The notes below the pieces were generated by a model. It saw only the letters and a list, made by a program, of their open reading frames with translations, was not told the DNA's origin and searched no databases. Position numbers and translations under genes: made by a program. From the NCBI GenBank assembly GCA_048478035.1, contig DBGBCW010000015.1, forward strand, positions 29,962 to 93,961: 64,000 nt of DNA, read 5' to 3'. Of the stretch, positions 34,462 to 44,678 are shown piece by piece (within the stretch, counting starts at the first letter, position 1; every line of letters begins with the position of its first letter). The DNA is from Collinsella aerofaciens (GTDB lineage: Bacteria; Actinomycetota; Coriobacteriia; Coriobacteriales; Coriobacteriaceae).

Positions 34462-36489
34462 ATGGAACAAAAGGCCAAGGAGGCAGCTTCGCACGCTGCG
34501 ATTCCTGTGAGCATCTCGGCGATGCTCGTCACGCTGGGCGTGGTGTATGGCGATATCGGCACCAGCCCTATGTATGTAACCAAGGCGCTCGTTGCCGGCA
34601 ACGGCGGCATCGGAAGCGTCACGGAGGAGTTCGTGCTCGGCGCGCTCTCCCTTGTCGTGTGGACGGTCACGTTGCTGACCACCATCAAGTATGTGCTCAT
34701 CTCGCTGCGCGCCGATAACCATGGCGAGGGCGGTATCTTTGCCCTGTACAGCCTGGTCAAGCGCTGCGGCAAGTGGCTTATCATCCCCGCCATGCTGGGT
34801 GGCGCCGCGCTGCTCGCCGACGGCATCCTGACGCCGGCCGTTACCGTTACCACGGCCATCGAGGGCCTGCGCACCATCCCGGCGGTCCATGCCGTGCTGG
34901 GCGATGACCAGGGCCGCGTCGTCGCCATCACGCTCGCCATCATCATCGTGCTCTTCTTGGTACAGCGCATCGGTACGGCCAAGATCGGTCACGCCTTTGG
35001 CCCCATCATGACGCTGTGGTTCCTGTTCCTGGGCGGCACGGGTCTGTTCTTTGTCTTCCAGCACCCCGCCGTGCTGCTGTGCCTCAACCCGGTGCGCGGC
35101 ATCGCCTTTTTGCTGAGCCCCAACAACCACGCGGGCATCATGATTCTGGGCAGCTGCTTCCTCGCCACCACCGGTGCCGAGGCGCTCTACTCCGACATGG
35201 GCCACGTCGGCCGCGGCAACATTTACGCCACCTGGCCGTTCGTTAAGTGCTGCCTGCTGCTTTCCTATATGGGCCAGGGCGCTTGGCTTATGAACAACGC
35301 TGCCAACCCCGAGCTCATGGGCATTGCCGACCTCAACCCGTTCTACCAGATGCTCGCCCCGGGCCTGCGCCCGTTTGCCGTTGGCCTTTCCACCGTCGCG
35401 GCCATCATTGCCTCGCAGGCGCTCATCACCGGCGCGTTTTCGCTGGTGTCCGAGGCCAGCCGTCTGGACCTCATGCCGCACATGCAGGTCTTCTACCCTG
35501 CCGAGACCAAAGGCCAGCTCTACATCCCCATGGTCAACAACGTCATGCTTGTGGGCTGCGTCATCGTGGTGCTGCTGTTCCAGAACTCGGCGCATATGGA
35601 AGCCGCCTACGGCCTGGCCATTACGCTGACTATGATGTGTACCACGCTGCTGCTCTTCTTCTACCTGCATGAGGAGCGCAAGCTCAAGGTTGCTCCGTGG
35701 ATCTTCGCGGCCTTCTTCCTTTTGCTCGAAGGCTTCTTCTTCGTGAGCTCGCTCACCAAGTTCTTCCACGGCGGCTACTTCACCATCCTCATGGCTGCAC
35801 TCATCATGGGCATTATGGTGTGCTGGTACAACGGCACGGCGGTCGAGCAGCGCCAGTTTACGCTGCTGCCGCTGCGCAGCTACCTGCCGCAGCTCAAGCG
35901 CCTGCGCGACGACGACCGTTACGAGCGCATGAGCGACAACGTCGTGTACCTGACCAAGGACACCCATACCGACTACATCGACCGCGATATCGCCTATTCG
36001 ATCTTGGACAAGCATCCCAAGCGCGCCCGCGCCTGGTGGTTCGTGAATGTCGAGACCATGGACGAGCCGCATACCTTTGCCTATTCGGTCGAGACGTTCG
36101 GCACCGACTACGTGTTCCGCGTGCATCTGTACCTGGGCTACAAGATCAACCAGCGCGTCAATGCCTACCTGCGTCAGGTTGTTCAGGACCTGGCTGCCAC
36201 CGGCGAGCTGCCGCCGCAGACGCATGACTACTCGGTCTACAAGGATCCGGGTAACATCGGCACGTTCAAGTTCGTCCTGATCCGTAAGCTTCTGGCGCCC
36301 GAGAGTGACGTGGAGCCGAGCGAGCGCACGGCTATCACGCTCAAGTACATCATCCGCCGCGCCGCCGGCACGCCTGCACGCTGGTACGGCCTGGAGAACT
36401 CCAACGTGAGCTTTGAGTATGTGCCGCTGTTCACCAAGTTCAAGGCCGTGAACAAGATGCAGCGCTTGGCCCCCAACGAGCGGCCGTAG
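34462..36489 (+). CDS. kup: KUP/HAK/KT family potassium transporter
   Basis: Hallmark N-terminus (LGVVYGDIGTSPMY, NHGEGGIFALY) and 12 TM helices. GGAGG RBS before ATG 34462. Confidence 0.9.
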   Translation: MEQKAKEAASHAAIPVSISAMLVTLGVVYGDIGTSPMYVTKALVAGNGGIGSVTEEFVLGALSLVVWTVTLLTTIKYVLISLRADNHGEGGIFALYSLVKRCGKWLIIPAMLGGAALLADGILTPAVTVTTAIEGLRTIPAVHAVLGDDQGRVVAITLAIIIVLFLVQRIGTAKIGHAFGPIMTLWFLFLGGTGLFFVFQHPAVLLCLNPVRGIAFLLSPNNHAGIMILGSCFLATTGAEALYSDMGHVGRGNIYATWPFVKCCLLLSYMGQGAWLMNNAANPELMGIADLNPFYQMLAPGLRPFAVGLSTVAAIIASQALITGAFSLVSEASRLDLMPHMQVFYPAETKGQLYIPMVNNVMLVGCVIVVLLFQNSAHMEAAYGLAITLTMMCTTLLLFFYLHEERKLKVAPWIFAAFFLLLEGFFFVSSLTKFFHGGYFTILMAALIMGIMVCWYNGTAVEQRQFTLLPLRSYLPQLKRLRDDDRYERMSDNVVYLTKDTHTDYIDRDIAYSILDKHPKRARAWWFVNVETMDEPHTFAYSVETFGTDYVFRVHLYLGYKINQRVNAYLRQVVQDLAATGELPPQTHDYSVYKDPGNIGTFKFVLIRKLLAPESDVEPSERTAITLKYIIRRAAGTPARWYGLENSNVSFEYVPLFTKFKAVNKMQRLAPNERP

Positions 36490-36558
36490 TCGACACTCGA
36501 GATTTGTCTACGAACGGGCGGGCTTGTAATGACGGGGATTGAGTCCTGGGAGGAAACC

Positions 36559-36753
36559 ATGGATGCAAAGGTGCTTGACGGTTGCGATCTTGCTGCCGAC
36601 CTGGTGCGTGAAGCGCGCGTCGACGCCGCCGAAGATCGGTTCTTTACGAATCGTGCCAACATGGACATGGCCGACCGCGTGATCTCGATCGTGGCACTGG
36701 TATTTGGAGCGGTGTGCGTGTGTGCCCTGCTCGCGCACGTGCTGTTTGTCTAG
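36559..36753 (+). CDS. Small hypothetical protein (64 aa) with a C-terminal TM helix
   Basis: GGGAGG RBS 6 nt before ATG 36559. C-terminal helix VISIVALVFGAVCVCALLAHVLFV. Followed by a strong terminator. No recognisable family. Confidence 0.45.
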   Translation: MDAKVLDGCDLAADLVREARVDAAEDRFFTNRANMDMADRVISIVALVFGAVCVCALLAHVLFV

Positions 36754-36799
36754 CGACCGCCGGTTGCAAAGGCTATACACTTGGAACCACCACAAGGGA

Positions 36800-36845
36800 A
36801 ACCACCACAAAGGTGCCTGTCCCTTTGTGGTGGTTTTTGTTTTCG
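36800..36845 (+). terminator. Rho-independent terminator with a duplicated 5' arm, 20 nt upstream of the kinase start
   Basis: aaccaccacaaagg / cctttgtggtggtt perfect 14-bp stem plus tttttgtttt. An extra copy of the 5' arm lies at 36785-36798. Confidence 0.75.
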
Positions 36846-36864
36846 AGAGAGGGGCGGGGCGCTG

Positions 36865-38490
36865 ATGGACGTCCGTACGGACGGCGATATTGCCGATAAC
36901 TTTTGGTGGCGGCGCACAACGCTGACGCGCCGCACTCCTCTGTATGACGCCTGCGTATCGGTGGGGCTGCTGGTCGCGGCGACGATTGTGGGCGCGCTGC
37001 TCGACCATCCGGGTCTCGCGCCGAGCATCATGATCGTCTATGTGTTCGCCGTTCAGCTGTGCGCATTCTTTACCTGGAGTCGCCTGTATTGCCTGTTGAG
37101 TTCGGCTGCCGCCGTGGCGCTCTACAACTTCTTGTTTGTCGACCCGCGCTACTCGCTGTCGCTTATCGACCGCGGCTATCCCGGCATGTTCTTCATCATG
37201 TTTGTGGTCTCGCTTGTGTCGAGCTCGATTGCGTTGGCCCTGCGCCGCGCCTTGGCACAAGCTGCCGCCAGCGACCGTCGCACGCATATGGTGCTCGAGA
37301 CCAACCGCATGCTGCAGCGGTGCGCCGATCAGCAGCAGATTGTCCATGCCATGGCAACGCAGCTGGCGCGTCTTTCGGGCTGCCCGGTCGTGTGGTACAG
37401 CGCCGACGCCGAGGGCGATGACCTGCTGCCGCGTGCGACGTACACAGCTGTGGGCGATGCGGCACCGGTGCACGAACTGGCGCCGCAGATGCCGCCGCGG
37501 CTCTCGGCGTCCGCCTATGTGGGAACGCCACTCGATGCCACCTATGGCGGCTCGGCGTTTTATGGCATCTACCTGACGGTTCGCACAGGCGACGGCTTCG
37601 TGCGCTCGGGCGACCCCGCCTCGGTGGTGGGCGTGCTGGCTATCGTTGCCGAGCCCGACGTGCTGACGCACGAAGAGCGGACACTTGCCGATGCCATCGT
37701 GAGCGAAGGCGAGCTGGCACTCGATCGCGCCCGCGCCATGGAGGCCCGCGAGGAGGCGGCGGTGCTTGCCAAAAATGAGCAGCTGCGCGCCAACCTGCTG
37801 CGCTCCATCTCGCACGACCTGCGCACGCCGCTCACCAGTATTTCGGGTAATGCCGATGTGCTGCTCGACCAGGGCTCGACCGGCACCGCCGTGCTCGACG
37901 CCCAAACGCGCCGCGGCCTGCTCTTGTCCATTCGCTCGGATGCGCAATGGCTCAACGCCACCGTCGAGAACCTGCTCGCCATCACCAAGCTCGAGGGCGG
38001 CGGTATGCGCCTGTCGACCACGCTCGAGCTCATGGACGATATCGTGGAGGAGGCGCTGCGCCACGTGAACCCTGCCGTGCGCGAGCACGACCTTAAGGTG
38101 GTGGCGTGCGATGAGCCGGCGCTCGTCAACGTCGATGCGCGCCTGATGGTGCAGCTGGTGGTCAATCTGGTGAACAACGCCATCACCTATACGCCCGCAG
38201 GCTCGCATATCATGATTTCGATTAGCGTCGACGATGGACGCGTGGCGTGCTCGGTGGCCGATGATGGTCCAGGCATCGCACCCGAGGATCGCGAGCGCAT
38301 CTTCGAGTCGTTCTATACCGCCAACCATGGCCTGGCCGACAGCCACCGTAGTGTGGGCCTGGGGCTTTCGCTCTGCCGCTCCATTGCGCTGGCGCATGGC
38401 GGTAGCATAGAGGTTGCCGCGGCGGACCCGCACGGCTCGGTCTTTACGATTGAGCTTCCCGTCGCCGACGTTTCGTTTGATAAGGAGTAG
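36865..38490 (+). CDS. Sensor histidine kinase, KdpD-like C-terminal half (DUF4118 membrane domain plus HisKA/HATPase). Lacks the KdpD N-terminal/Usp domains.
   Basis: DUF4118-like TM block (LYNFLFVDPRYSL). H-box SHDLRTPLTSI. HATPase motifs (NLVNNAITYT, DDGPGI, GLGLSLCRSI). Confidence 0.85.
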   Translation: MDVRTDGDIADNFWWRRTTLTRRTPLYDACVSVGLLVAATIVGALLDHPGLAPSIMIVYVFAVQLCAFFTWSRLYCLLSSAAAVALYNFLFVDPRYSLSLIDRGYPGMFFIMFVVSLVSSSIALALRRALAQAAASDRRTHMVLETNRMLQRCADQQQIVHAMATQLARLSGCPVVWYSADAEGDDLLPRATYTAVGDAAPVHELAPQMPPRLSASAYVGTPLDATYGGSAFYGIYLTVRTGDGFVRSGDPASVVGVLAIVAEPDVLTHEERTLADAIVSEGELALDRARAMEAREEAAVLAKNEQLRANLLRSISHDLRTPLTSISGNADVLLDQGSTGTAVLDAQTRRGLLLSIRSDAQWLNATVENLLAITKLEGGGMRLSTTLELMDDIVEEALRHVNPAVREHDLKVVACDEPALVNVDARLMVQLVVNLVNNAITYTPAGSHIMISISVDDGRVACSVADDGPGIAPEDRERIFESFYTANHGLADSHRSVGLGLSLCRSIALAHGGSIEVAAADPHGSVFTIELPVADVSFDKE

Positions 38491-38494
38491 CGCT

Positions 38495-39208
38495 GTGCCG
38501 AACTCTGCCGTAAAACCGCTCATCTTGGTCGTTGAGGACGACCCCGCTGTCCGCAATCTTATTGTTGCCGCGCTCGAGGCGCACGGCTTGCGTCATATGG
38601 CCGTGGAGACCGCCCATGCCGCCATCGCTGCCGCCTCATCGCAGGCACCGAGCATTGTGCTGCTCGACCTGGGTCTGCCCGATATGGACGGCGTCAAGGT
38701 GGTGGAGTCGGTGCGCGCATGGTCGGGCATGCCGATTATCGTGGTATCGGCGCGTAGCGAGGATGCGGACAAGATTCGCGCACTCGATGCCGGCGCCGAC
38801 GACTACCTGACCAAGCCGTTTTCGGTCGAGGAGCTGCTCGCGCGCATTCGCACGACGCTCAGGCGCCTTTCGTATGCGCAATCGGGCGGCGTTGCCTCCG
38901 AGGGCACGTTCGATGCCGGTGAGCTGCATATCGACTTTGATGCCGGCATTGCCACGATGGATGGCGAGGAGCTGCATCTGACGCCGATTGAGTACAAGCT
39001 CTTGTGCCTGCTGGCACATAACGCCGACAAGGTACTAACGCACCAGTTTATCCTGCACGAGATTTGGGGCACGGCAACTAAGAGCGACCTGGCGAGCCTG
39101 CGCGTCTTTATGGGCACGCTGCGCAAGAAGATCGAGTCCGACCCCGCGCATCCGCGCTATATCCAGACGCACGTGGGCATCGGTTACCGCCTGGTCACCC
39201 AAGGGTAG
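38495..39208 (+). CDS. OmpR-family response regulator, KdpE-like
   Basis: AAGGAG RBS before GTG 38495. Receiver motifs (ILVVEDD, LLDLGLPDMDG, SARSEDADKIRALDAGADDYLTKPF). Winged-helix C-terminus (YIQTHVGIGYRL). Confidence 0.85.
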   Translation: MPNSAVKPLILVVEDDPAVRNLIVAALEAHGLRHMAVETAHAAIAAASSQAPSIVLLDLGLPDMDGVKVVESVRAWSGMPIIVVSARSEDADKIRALDAGADDYLTKPFSVEELLARIRTTLRRLSYAQSGGVASEGTFDAGELHIDFDAGIATMDGEELHLTPIEYKLLCLLAHNADKVLTHQFILHEIWGTATKSDLASLRVFMGTLRKKIESDPAHPRYIQTHVGIGYRLVTQG

Positions 39209-39302
39209 GACGGCGTCCGCCATCCCACTATGAGTTGCGGTGAAATACGGTCTATATTTGCCTAATTCCAGGTAAAACAGTCCGTATTCCACCGCAACTT
39301 TG

Positions 39303-41870
39303 TTATTTGCCCTTGGGCTTGCTGGCGTAGAACTTCTTCTTTTTGGACTTGCCGGCAGGGGAGGGTTTGCCGGCAAAGTTTGATTTGCCGTTGCCGGCCT
39401 GCGTGGGCGCGGGCGCTGCTGCACGAGGCTTGCGCGCCTCGGGGTTGCGCAGCTCCTCGGTTCGCTCGGCAATTTCCTCGGCGCTAAAGCCGACTTCTGC
39501 CATGGCGTCCTCGATGGGCAGGCGGCGCACGATATAGCAATGATGCACCTTCTGGTTGCGCGCGAAGTCCTCGGGGATGGTCTGCGCCGTAATGTCCTGT
39601 AGCACCACGCCCGCACGCGCGAGCTTGCGCGTCTCGGGGCGGAAGCCGCGCAGGTTGCAGCTAAAGATGGCGTGTCCGCCCTGCGTGAGCAGGCGCGATA
39701 CGCCGGCCAAAAGCTCAACATGGTCACGCTGGACATCCCAGGTGCGACGGCCCATCTTGGACGAGTTCGAGAACGTGGGCGGGTCGACAAAGATCAGGTC
39801 CCAGCGGTTGCGCGTCTGGCGCTGGTCACGAATCCAGGCGAGCACGTCATCGCGCACAAAGTGATGCTGCGGCCCCACAAAGCCGTTCTGACGCATATTG
39901 CGCTCGGCCCAGTCCAGATAGGTGTTGGAGAGGTCGACCGTCACGGTCTCCTCTACGCCGCCGTCTGCCGCGTAGCAGGTGGCAGTGCCGGTGTAGGCAA
40001 ACAGGTTGAGGAAGCGGCGCGCCTGCTTGGCGTGCTCGCGCACCAGGTTGCGGGTGACGCGGTGATCCAGGAAGATGCCCACATCCAGGTAGTCGTCAAA
40101 GTTGACGGCAAAGGTGAGCCCGCCCTCTTCGATGAGCGGCAGACGCCGGCGCGCGATGTTGGCGCGCTCGCCCGATCCGCCCTTGCCGGCGCCCTGCTTG
40201 CCGTACTGCGAGCCGCCACGCGAACGCATGCGGGCCTTGGCGTGCACGTGCTCGGCCGGAACATCAAGGATGCGCGGCGAGATGGCCAAGATGTCGAGCA
40301 TGCGGGCCTGGGCCAGCGCGGGGTCGATGGTCTTGGGCGCGGCGTATTCGGCGATGACGAGCCAGCGGCCCGGCGTCTGCGGGCAACCCTCGTACAGGTC
40401 GATGGCAGCGGAGTAGTCGGGCAGGTCGGCATCGTAGACGCGATAGCAGCTCACGCCCTCGCGCTTGGCCCACTTGCGGCGCAGACGGGCATTCTTGCGC
40501 AGGCGGTTGGCGAACTGCTCGGACTCCGGGATGAGCACGGGCAGCGGCTTGCCGTCGCCCAAGTCGAGCGTGGCGGCAGGTTCGGGCATGGAGGAAGCGG
40601 CGGCTTCGTCGTTGGCTTCGTTGGCATCCGCAACCTCGGCCTCGGCATCCGCGCTGGTCGCAGCCTCAAACACTGCGGCGGCGTGGTCGAGCGAAGGCCA
40701 GACTTCGACGGTTGCCTCCTCGTTGTTGGGCATGATGGCGATCGAGCGTTCGGGCTCGGCGTGGAGCGCGCGGGCCAGCAATCCGTCGCGGGTGAGCGCG
40801 GCGACCGGTGCCGAAGCGAGCTCGGGCGCGCGGCGCAGCTCGCCGACCAGCGTCATGGCGTCGTGCATGAGTGAAAGCGGTGTCTCGGTGGTGTCTGCGA
40901 CTACGGCGGCTCCGGCGACGGCGCCAGCATGGTCCAGCACGGTGGCGGACTTGGCGGCGCAAAAGTCGACAAAACGCTTGTAGCCGGCGCACTTGACCAT
41001 GCGCTCGGCAGTCTTGCGGGCGGCGGGGTCGATGTCTACGGCCACGATGCGCGCCTGGCGCTCGCGCGCTGCCGTCTCGCGCTCGCGCGCCTCGGCAAGC
41101 AGCTGCTCCCACAGGGCGGCGTCGTGTAGCTGCCAGCCCTCAAAGCCCCAGCGCTCGCGTGCGGCGCCCGGGGCGCGGTTGGTCAGAATGTTCACGGCCT
41201 CCAGCAGCAGACCGCCGCCGGCGCACGAGGCATCGATCAGCGTGGGAAGGGCTTCATTCTCGTAATCGTCAGCCGTTAACTCGCGCTCGCACAGTGCGGT
41301 CCAGCCGACCTGTGCCAGCACCAGGGCGGCGTAGTCGGGGCGCAGCACGTGCGTACCCTCGCCGGCGCGGGTCGCTGCGGGCGGCAGACGCTTGAACAGC
41401 GGATCGCCCGAAAGGTCCAGGCTGATGCTCGCGCGGCGCTGACGCAGCGAAAGCAGCAGGTGAACATCGGGATCGGTGGCGTTGACATCGGCGCGACGGC
41501 CCGTGGTTTCGGCCAAGCGGTCGCACAATGCGTCCTTGGCGCGCAGGGCCGAGAAGCGCGTGTTGCGCAGCTGCTCGGTCACGCCGCGGGCGGTGATGGC
41601 GATGGTGGCGCCGGGGCGGATGACGGTCTCCCAGGCGATGTCGTAAACGCTGTCGTACAGTTCATCGGCATCCTGCGCCTCAAAGCGCCCGAGTACCACG
41701 AACACGCGGCTCGCCAGGCGCGACCACAGACAGGCGCGGTAGCCTTGCTCGAGCTCGCCCTCAAATGTAGCGCGGCCCTTCAGCCGGCGAACATGCGAAA
41801 GCCCGAGGCGTTTAAGCTCATCGGCGAGTGCGGACTCAAAGCCCTCGGGGCAGCTTGCGTAAAATTCCAT
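39303..41870 (-). CDS. rlmKL: Bifunctional 23S rRNA methyltransferase RlmK/RlmL with a Lys-rich C-terminal tail
   Basis: Collinear with E. coli RlmKL motifs (CLWSRLASR, ANRLRKN...YRVYDADLPDY, GIFLDHR, FLNLFAYTG, IFVDPPTFSNS, DVQRDH). An extra ~75-aa basic tail follows. Confidence 0.85.
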   Translation of the reverse strand: MEFYASCPEGFESALADELKRLGLSHVRRLKGRATFEGELEQGYRACLWSRLASRVFVVLGRFEAQDADELYDSVYDIAWETVIRPGATIAITARGVTEQLRNTRFSALRAKDALCDRLAETTGRRADVNATDPDVHLLLSLRQRRASISLDLSGDPLFKRLPPAATRAGEGTHVLRPDYAALVLAQVGWTALCERELTADDYENEALPTLIDASCAGGGLLLEAVNILTNRAPGAARERWGFEGWQLHDAALWEQLLAEARERETAARERQARIVAVDIDPAARKTAERMVKCAGYKRFVDFCAAKSATVLDHAGAVAGAAVVADTTETPLSLMHDAMTLVGELRRAPELASAPVAALTRDGLLARALHAEPERSIAIMPNNEEATVEVWPSLDHAAAVFEAATSADAEAEVADANEANDEAAASSMPEPAATLDLGDGKPLPVLIPESEQFANRLRKNARLRRKWAKREGVSCYRVYDADLPDYSAAIDLYEGCPQTPGRWLVIAEYAAPKTIDPALAQARMLDILAISPRILDVPAEHVHAKARMRSRGGSQYGKQGAGKGGSGERANIARRRLPLIEEGGLTFAVNFDDYLDVGIFLDHRVTRNLVREHAKQARRFLNLFAYTGTATCYAADGGVEETVTVDLSNTYLDWAERNMRQNGFVGPQHHFVRDDVLAWIRDQRQTRNRWDLIFVDPPTFSNSSKMGRRTWDVQRDHVELLAGVSRLLTQGGHAIFSCNLRGFRPETRKLARAGVVLQDITAQTIPEDFARNQKVHHCYIVRRLPIEDAMAEVGFSAEEIAERTEELRNPEARKPRAAAPAPTQAGNGKSNFAGKPSPAGKSKKKKFYASKPKGK

Positions 41871-41945
41871 GGGTGACCTCTCTGGTTGCGTCGCTCCATT
41901 ATATGATGGATGCTTCGTTTACTCTCGCCCCCGAAAGGAACCCAT

Positions 41946-42773
41946 ATGATTGATGCGTGCCCCGATTCCGCCGTGCTCTTTTTTGACGTGGACGGCACGC
42001 TGACGTCGTTCGATCCCGACAACATGACCGACAAGGACTTTTCGGCGGTTCGCCCCTCGCAGGCGGTCGTCGAGGCGTTTCATCGCCTGCGCGACGCGGG
42101 ACACCAGGCATTTATCTGCACGGGTCGTCCCTTGTGGCTGATTGCCGATGGCCTGCGCGCGCTGAACCCGGCGGGTGTCGTTGCCATGGCGGGAGCGACG
42201 CTCGAGGTCGAGGGCCGCGTGGTGCACGAGGACTGCTTTGACGAGGACGTTATCGAGGAGCTTGCACGCCGTATGGCCGCGGCAGGGATTGAAGCCTTTT
42301 TCGAGACCAACGTTGCTACTTTTGCCCTGGAGCCTGTGGGCGTTGAGCAGTCGTCTCTGATCGGCACTTCTGTGGTGCACAGCGACGAGGAAATGCGCGT
42401 CGACGGCCGTTTGCGCGTGGGCAAGGTGTGCATCGTCGCGAGCGACCTGGCTCGCGTAGCCAACGATGATGGCTTTATCGACCGCGAGTTTGAGCTGTGC
42501 AACACCGGTGGTCAGAATCGCGAGCTGAGCCCCAAGGGCATCGACAAGGGCGTGGGCGTGGCGCGAGCGCTGGAATACCTGGGTCGCACCGGCAACGCGC
42601 GCACCTTTGGCTTCGGCGATTCGGGTAACGACCTGGGCATGCTCGCTGCGGTCGAGACGGCTGTCGCCATGGGCAACGCCATGCCTGAGGTCAAGGCGGT
42701 CGCCGACTACGTGACCGACGATGTCGCACACGACGGCACCGTCACAGCGATGCGCCATTTTGGGTTGATTTAA
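41946..42773 (+). CDS. Cof-type HAD-IIB family hydrolase
   Basis: Motif I FFDVDGTL. C-terminal motif FGDSGNDLGML with NAMPEVKAVADYVT. Confidence 0.8.
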   Translation: MIDACPDSAVLFFDVDGTLTSFDPDNMTDKDFSAVRPSQAVVEAFHRLRDAGHQAFICTGRPLWLIADGLRALNPAGVVAMAGATLEVEGRVVHEDCFDEDVIEELARRMAAAGIEAFFETNVATFALEPVGVEQSSLIGTSVVHSDEEMRVDGRLRVGKVCIVASDLARVANDDGFIDREFELCNTGGQNRELSPKGIDKGVGVARALEYLGRTGNARTFGFGDSGNDLGMLAAVETAVAMGNAMPEVKAVADYVTDDVAHDGTVTAMRHFGLI

Positions 42774-42818
42774 TAAATGGCCGGGTCGCCCGCAGTGGGG
42801 GCGACCCGGCCATTTGAG

Positions 42819-43610
42819 CTATTTTGCAATATAGAGCTTGGGATGACTGCGACTGCTCTCGATCGCCGCCGTCATGATGCCCTCGTCGTCTCCATCAACG
42901 ATGATGCCGTCGAGGTCATCGATCTGCGCGGACTGATAAAAACTGGTCTTATTGAACTTTCCCTGGTCAACCATCATGTAGCCCTGGTTTGAGTTGGTAA
43001 GGTACATATGCTTGATCATGGCCGAGAAGTCGTGCTCGACGGTAAAACCGTGGTCGGGGTGGAATCCGTCGGCACTGACAAACGCCTTGTCGGCATGTAG
43101 TTTGCTCATGCAGTCGAGCGTTAGTGCGCCCGCGAGATAGAGGTGGCCCTTGCGCACGGAGCCGCCCAGCAGCACTACCGAAGCATTGGGGAGATTGAAG
43201 CTGGCGTAGTTCGCGATTGCAAGATCGCCGGTGATAATGGTGATCTCACGCTTGTCCATGAGGGCCTTAGCGAAGTAAAAGCCTGTGGTGCCGATATCAA
43301 TTACCAGAACATCGCCATCATCAACAAGAGTTGCTGCGGTTGCGGCGATGGCTTCCTTGGCCTCGACTTGGACATTGATGCGCTCCTCGGGATACGAGAT
43401 TGCGTTGGAGCGAGAAAGCGATACCGCTCCGCCGCGTACGCGACGCAGCTTGCCTTCGGATTCCAGCGAGATGAGGTCGTGTCGTGCGGTGACTTCCGAA
43501 ACCGAAAAACGGCGAACGATGTCGGATACCGAGATATTTGGCTTTTCGGCCAGCCAATTCATGATAAATCGCTGACGCTCGGCCGGTGAAAGGTCTGAAG
43601 TAGATGCCAT
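42819..43610 (-). CDS. DeoR/GlpR family transcriptional regulator
   Basis: N-terminal DeoR HTH (ERQRFIMNWLAEKPNISVSDIVRRFSVSEVTARHDLISLE) and a DeoR C-terminal sensor domain. GGAG RBS before ATG 43610. Confidence 0.85.
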   Translation of the reverse strand: MASTSDLSPAERQRFIMNWLAEKPNISVSDIVRRFSVSEVTARHDLISLESEGKLRRVRGGAVSLSRSNAISYPEERINVQVEAKEAIAATAATLVDDGDVLVIDIGTTGFYFAKALMDKREITIITGDLAIANYASFNLPNASVVLLGGSVRKGHLYLAGALTLDCMSKLHADKAFVSADGFHPDHGFTVEHDFSAMIKHMYLTNSNQGYMMVDQGKFNKTSFYQSAQIDDLDGIIVDGDDEGIMTAAIESSRSHPKLYIAK

Positions 43611-43958
43611 ATGCCGCTCCTTTTGAACAAAAGGTAAAAGATGCGCCTTTCGTAATCGAAATATAACGTATCGATATGAAAAGAACAAGGCAAATTCGAA
43701 TGAATCAAAAGAACGGAATGGCATGTCACAAATGCATGCGTAGCAGATAGTTCGCACGTAAACGGGCTATAAAGAGTCTCATTCTGAAGGTGCCGCCCAA
43801 AAGAAGTACGTTCACGCCCGATATTCGACCGTTCACAGAAAGTTGACAATTGAGCTTTCGATAGCTTTTGAAATGGTTTATAAAAGAAAACCGAAAAGCT
43901 TTTGAAACAAAGAAGAAGGCTTTCGATAGCAATAGTGTTAGATGAGAAAGGACCGAAC

Positions 43959-44669
43959 ATGGCGATCAAGGTGTTTGCCGACGGCGCTAACCTCGAGGGT
44001 ATGCTTGACATGCATGACAATGGCAACGTTCAGGGCTTCACGACCAATCCTTCCCTTATGAAGGCCGGCGGCGTGACCGACTACCGCGCTTTTGCCAAGA
44101 CGGTTCTTGAGCACATTACTGATGTGTCGGTCTCTTTTGAGGTATTCGCCGACGACGAGGCGGGTATGGAAGCCGAGGCTCGCGAGATCGCAACCTGGGC
44201 AGACAACGTCTACGTTAAGATCCCGGCGCTCAACACCAAGGGTGAGTCCACTGCCGCGCTGGTCAAGCGCCTTTCTGCCGACGGCATCAAGGTGAATGTC
44301 ACCACTATCTTCACGCCCGAGCAGGTCGACGAGTTTGTCGATGCCGTCTCTGCTGAGACCCCCTCTATTCTGTCCATCTTTGCCGGTCGCATTGCCGATA
44401 CCGGCGTCGATCCGCTGCCCCTCATGGCGGAGTCCGTAAAGAAGGCTGCCGTTAAGCCTGCTGCCGAGGTTCTCTGGGCGTCTACGCGCGAGGTCCTCAA
44501 TATCTTCCAGGCGGAGTCCGTTGGCTGTCAGATCATTACGGTCCCCAATGCCCTTCTTGCCAAGCGCAAGAATTTCGGGAAAGATTTGCTTGAGTACTCG
44601 CTTGATACGGTCAAGGGCTTTGCCCGCGACATTCAGGCGCTTGGTTTTCATATCCTGCCCGAGGAGTAG
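43959..44669 (+). CDS. Transaldolase / fructose-6-phosphate aldolase family protein (paralog 1)
   Basis: VFADGANL, GFTTNPSL, VKIP and TTIF motifs. About 80% identical by eye to 47263-47967. Confidence 0.85.
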   Translation: MAIKVFADGANLEGMLDMHDNGNVQGFTTNPSLMKAGGVTDYRAFAKTVLEHITDVSVSFEVFADDEAGMEAEAREIATWADNVYVKIPALNTKGESTAALVKRLSADGIKVNVTTIFTPEQVDEFVDAVSAETPSILSIFAGRIADTGVDPLPLMAESVKKAAVKPAAEVLWASTREVLNIFQAESVGCQIITVPNALLAKRKNFGKDLLEYSLDTVKGFARDIQALGFHILPEE

Positions 44670-44678
44670 GGGACGAGC

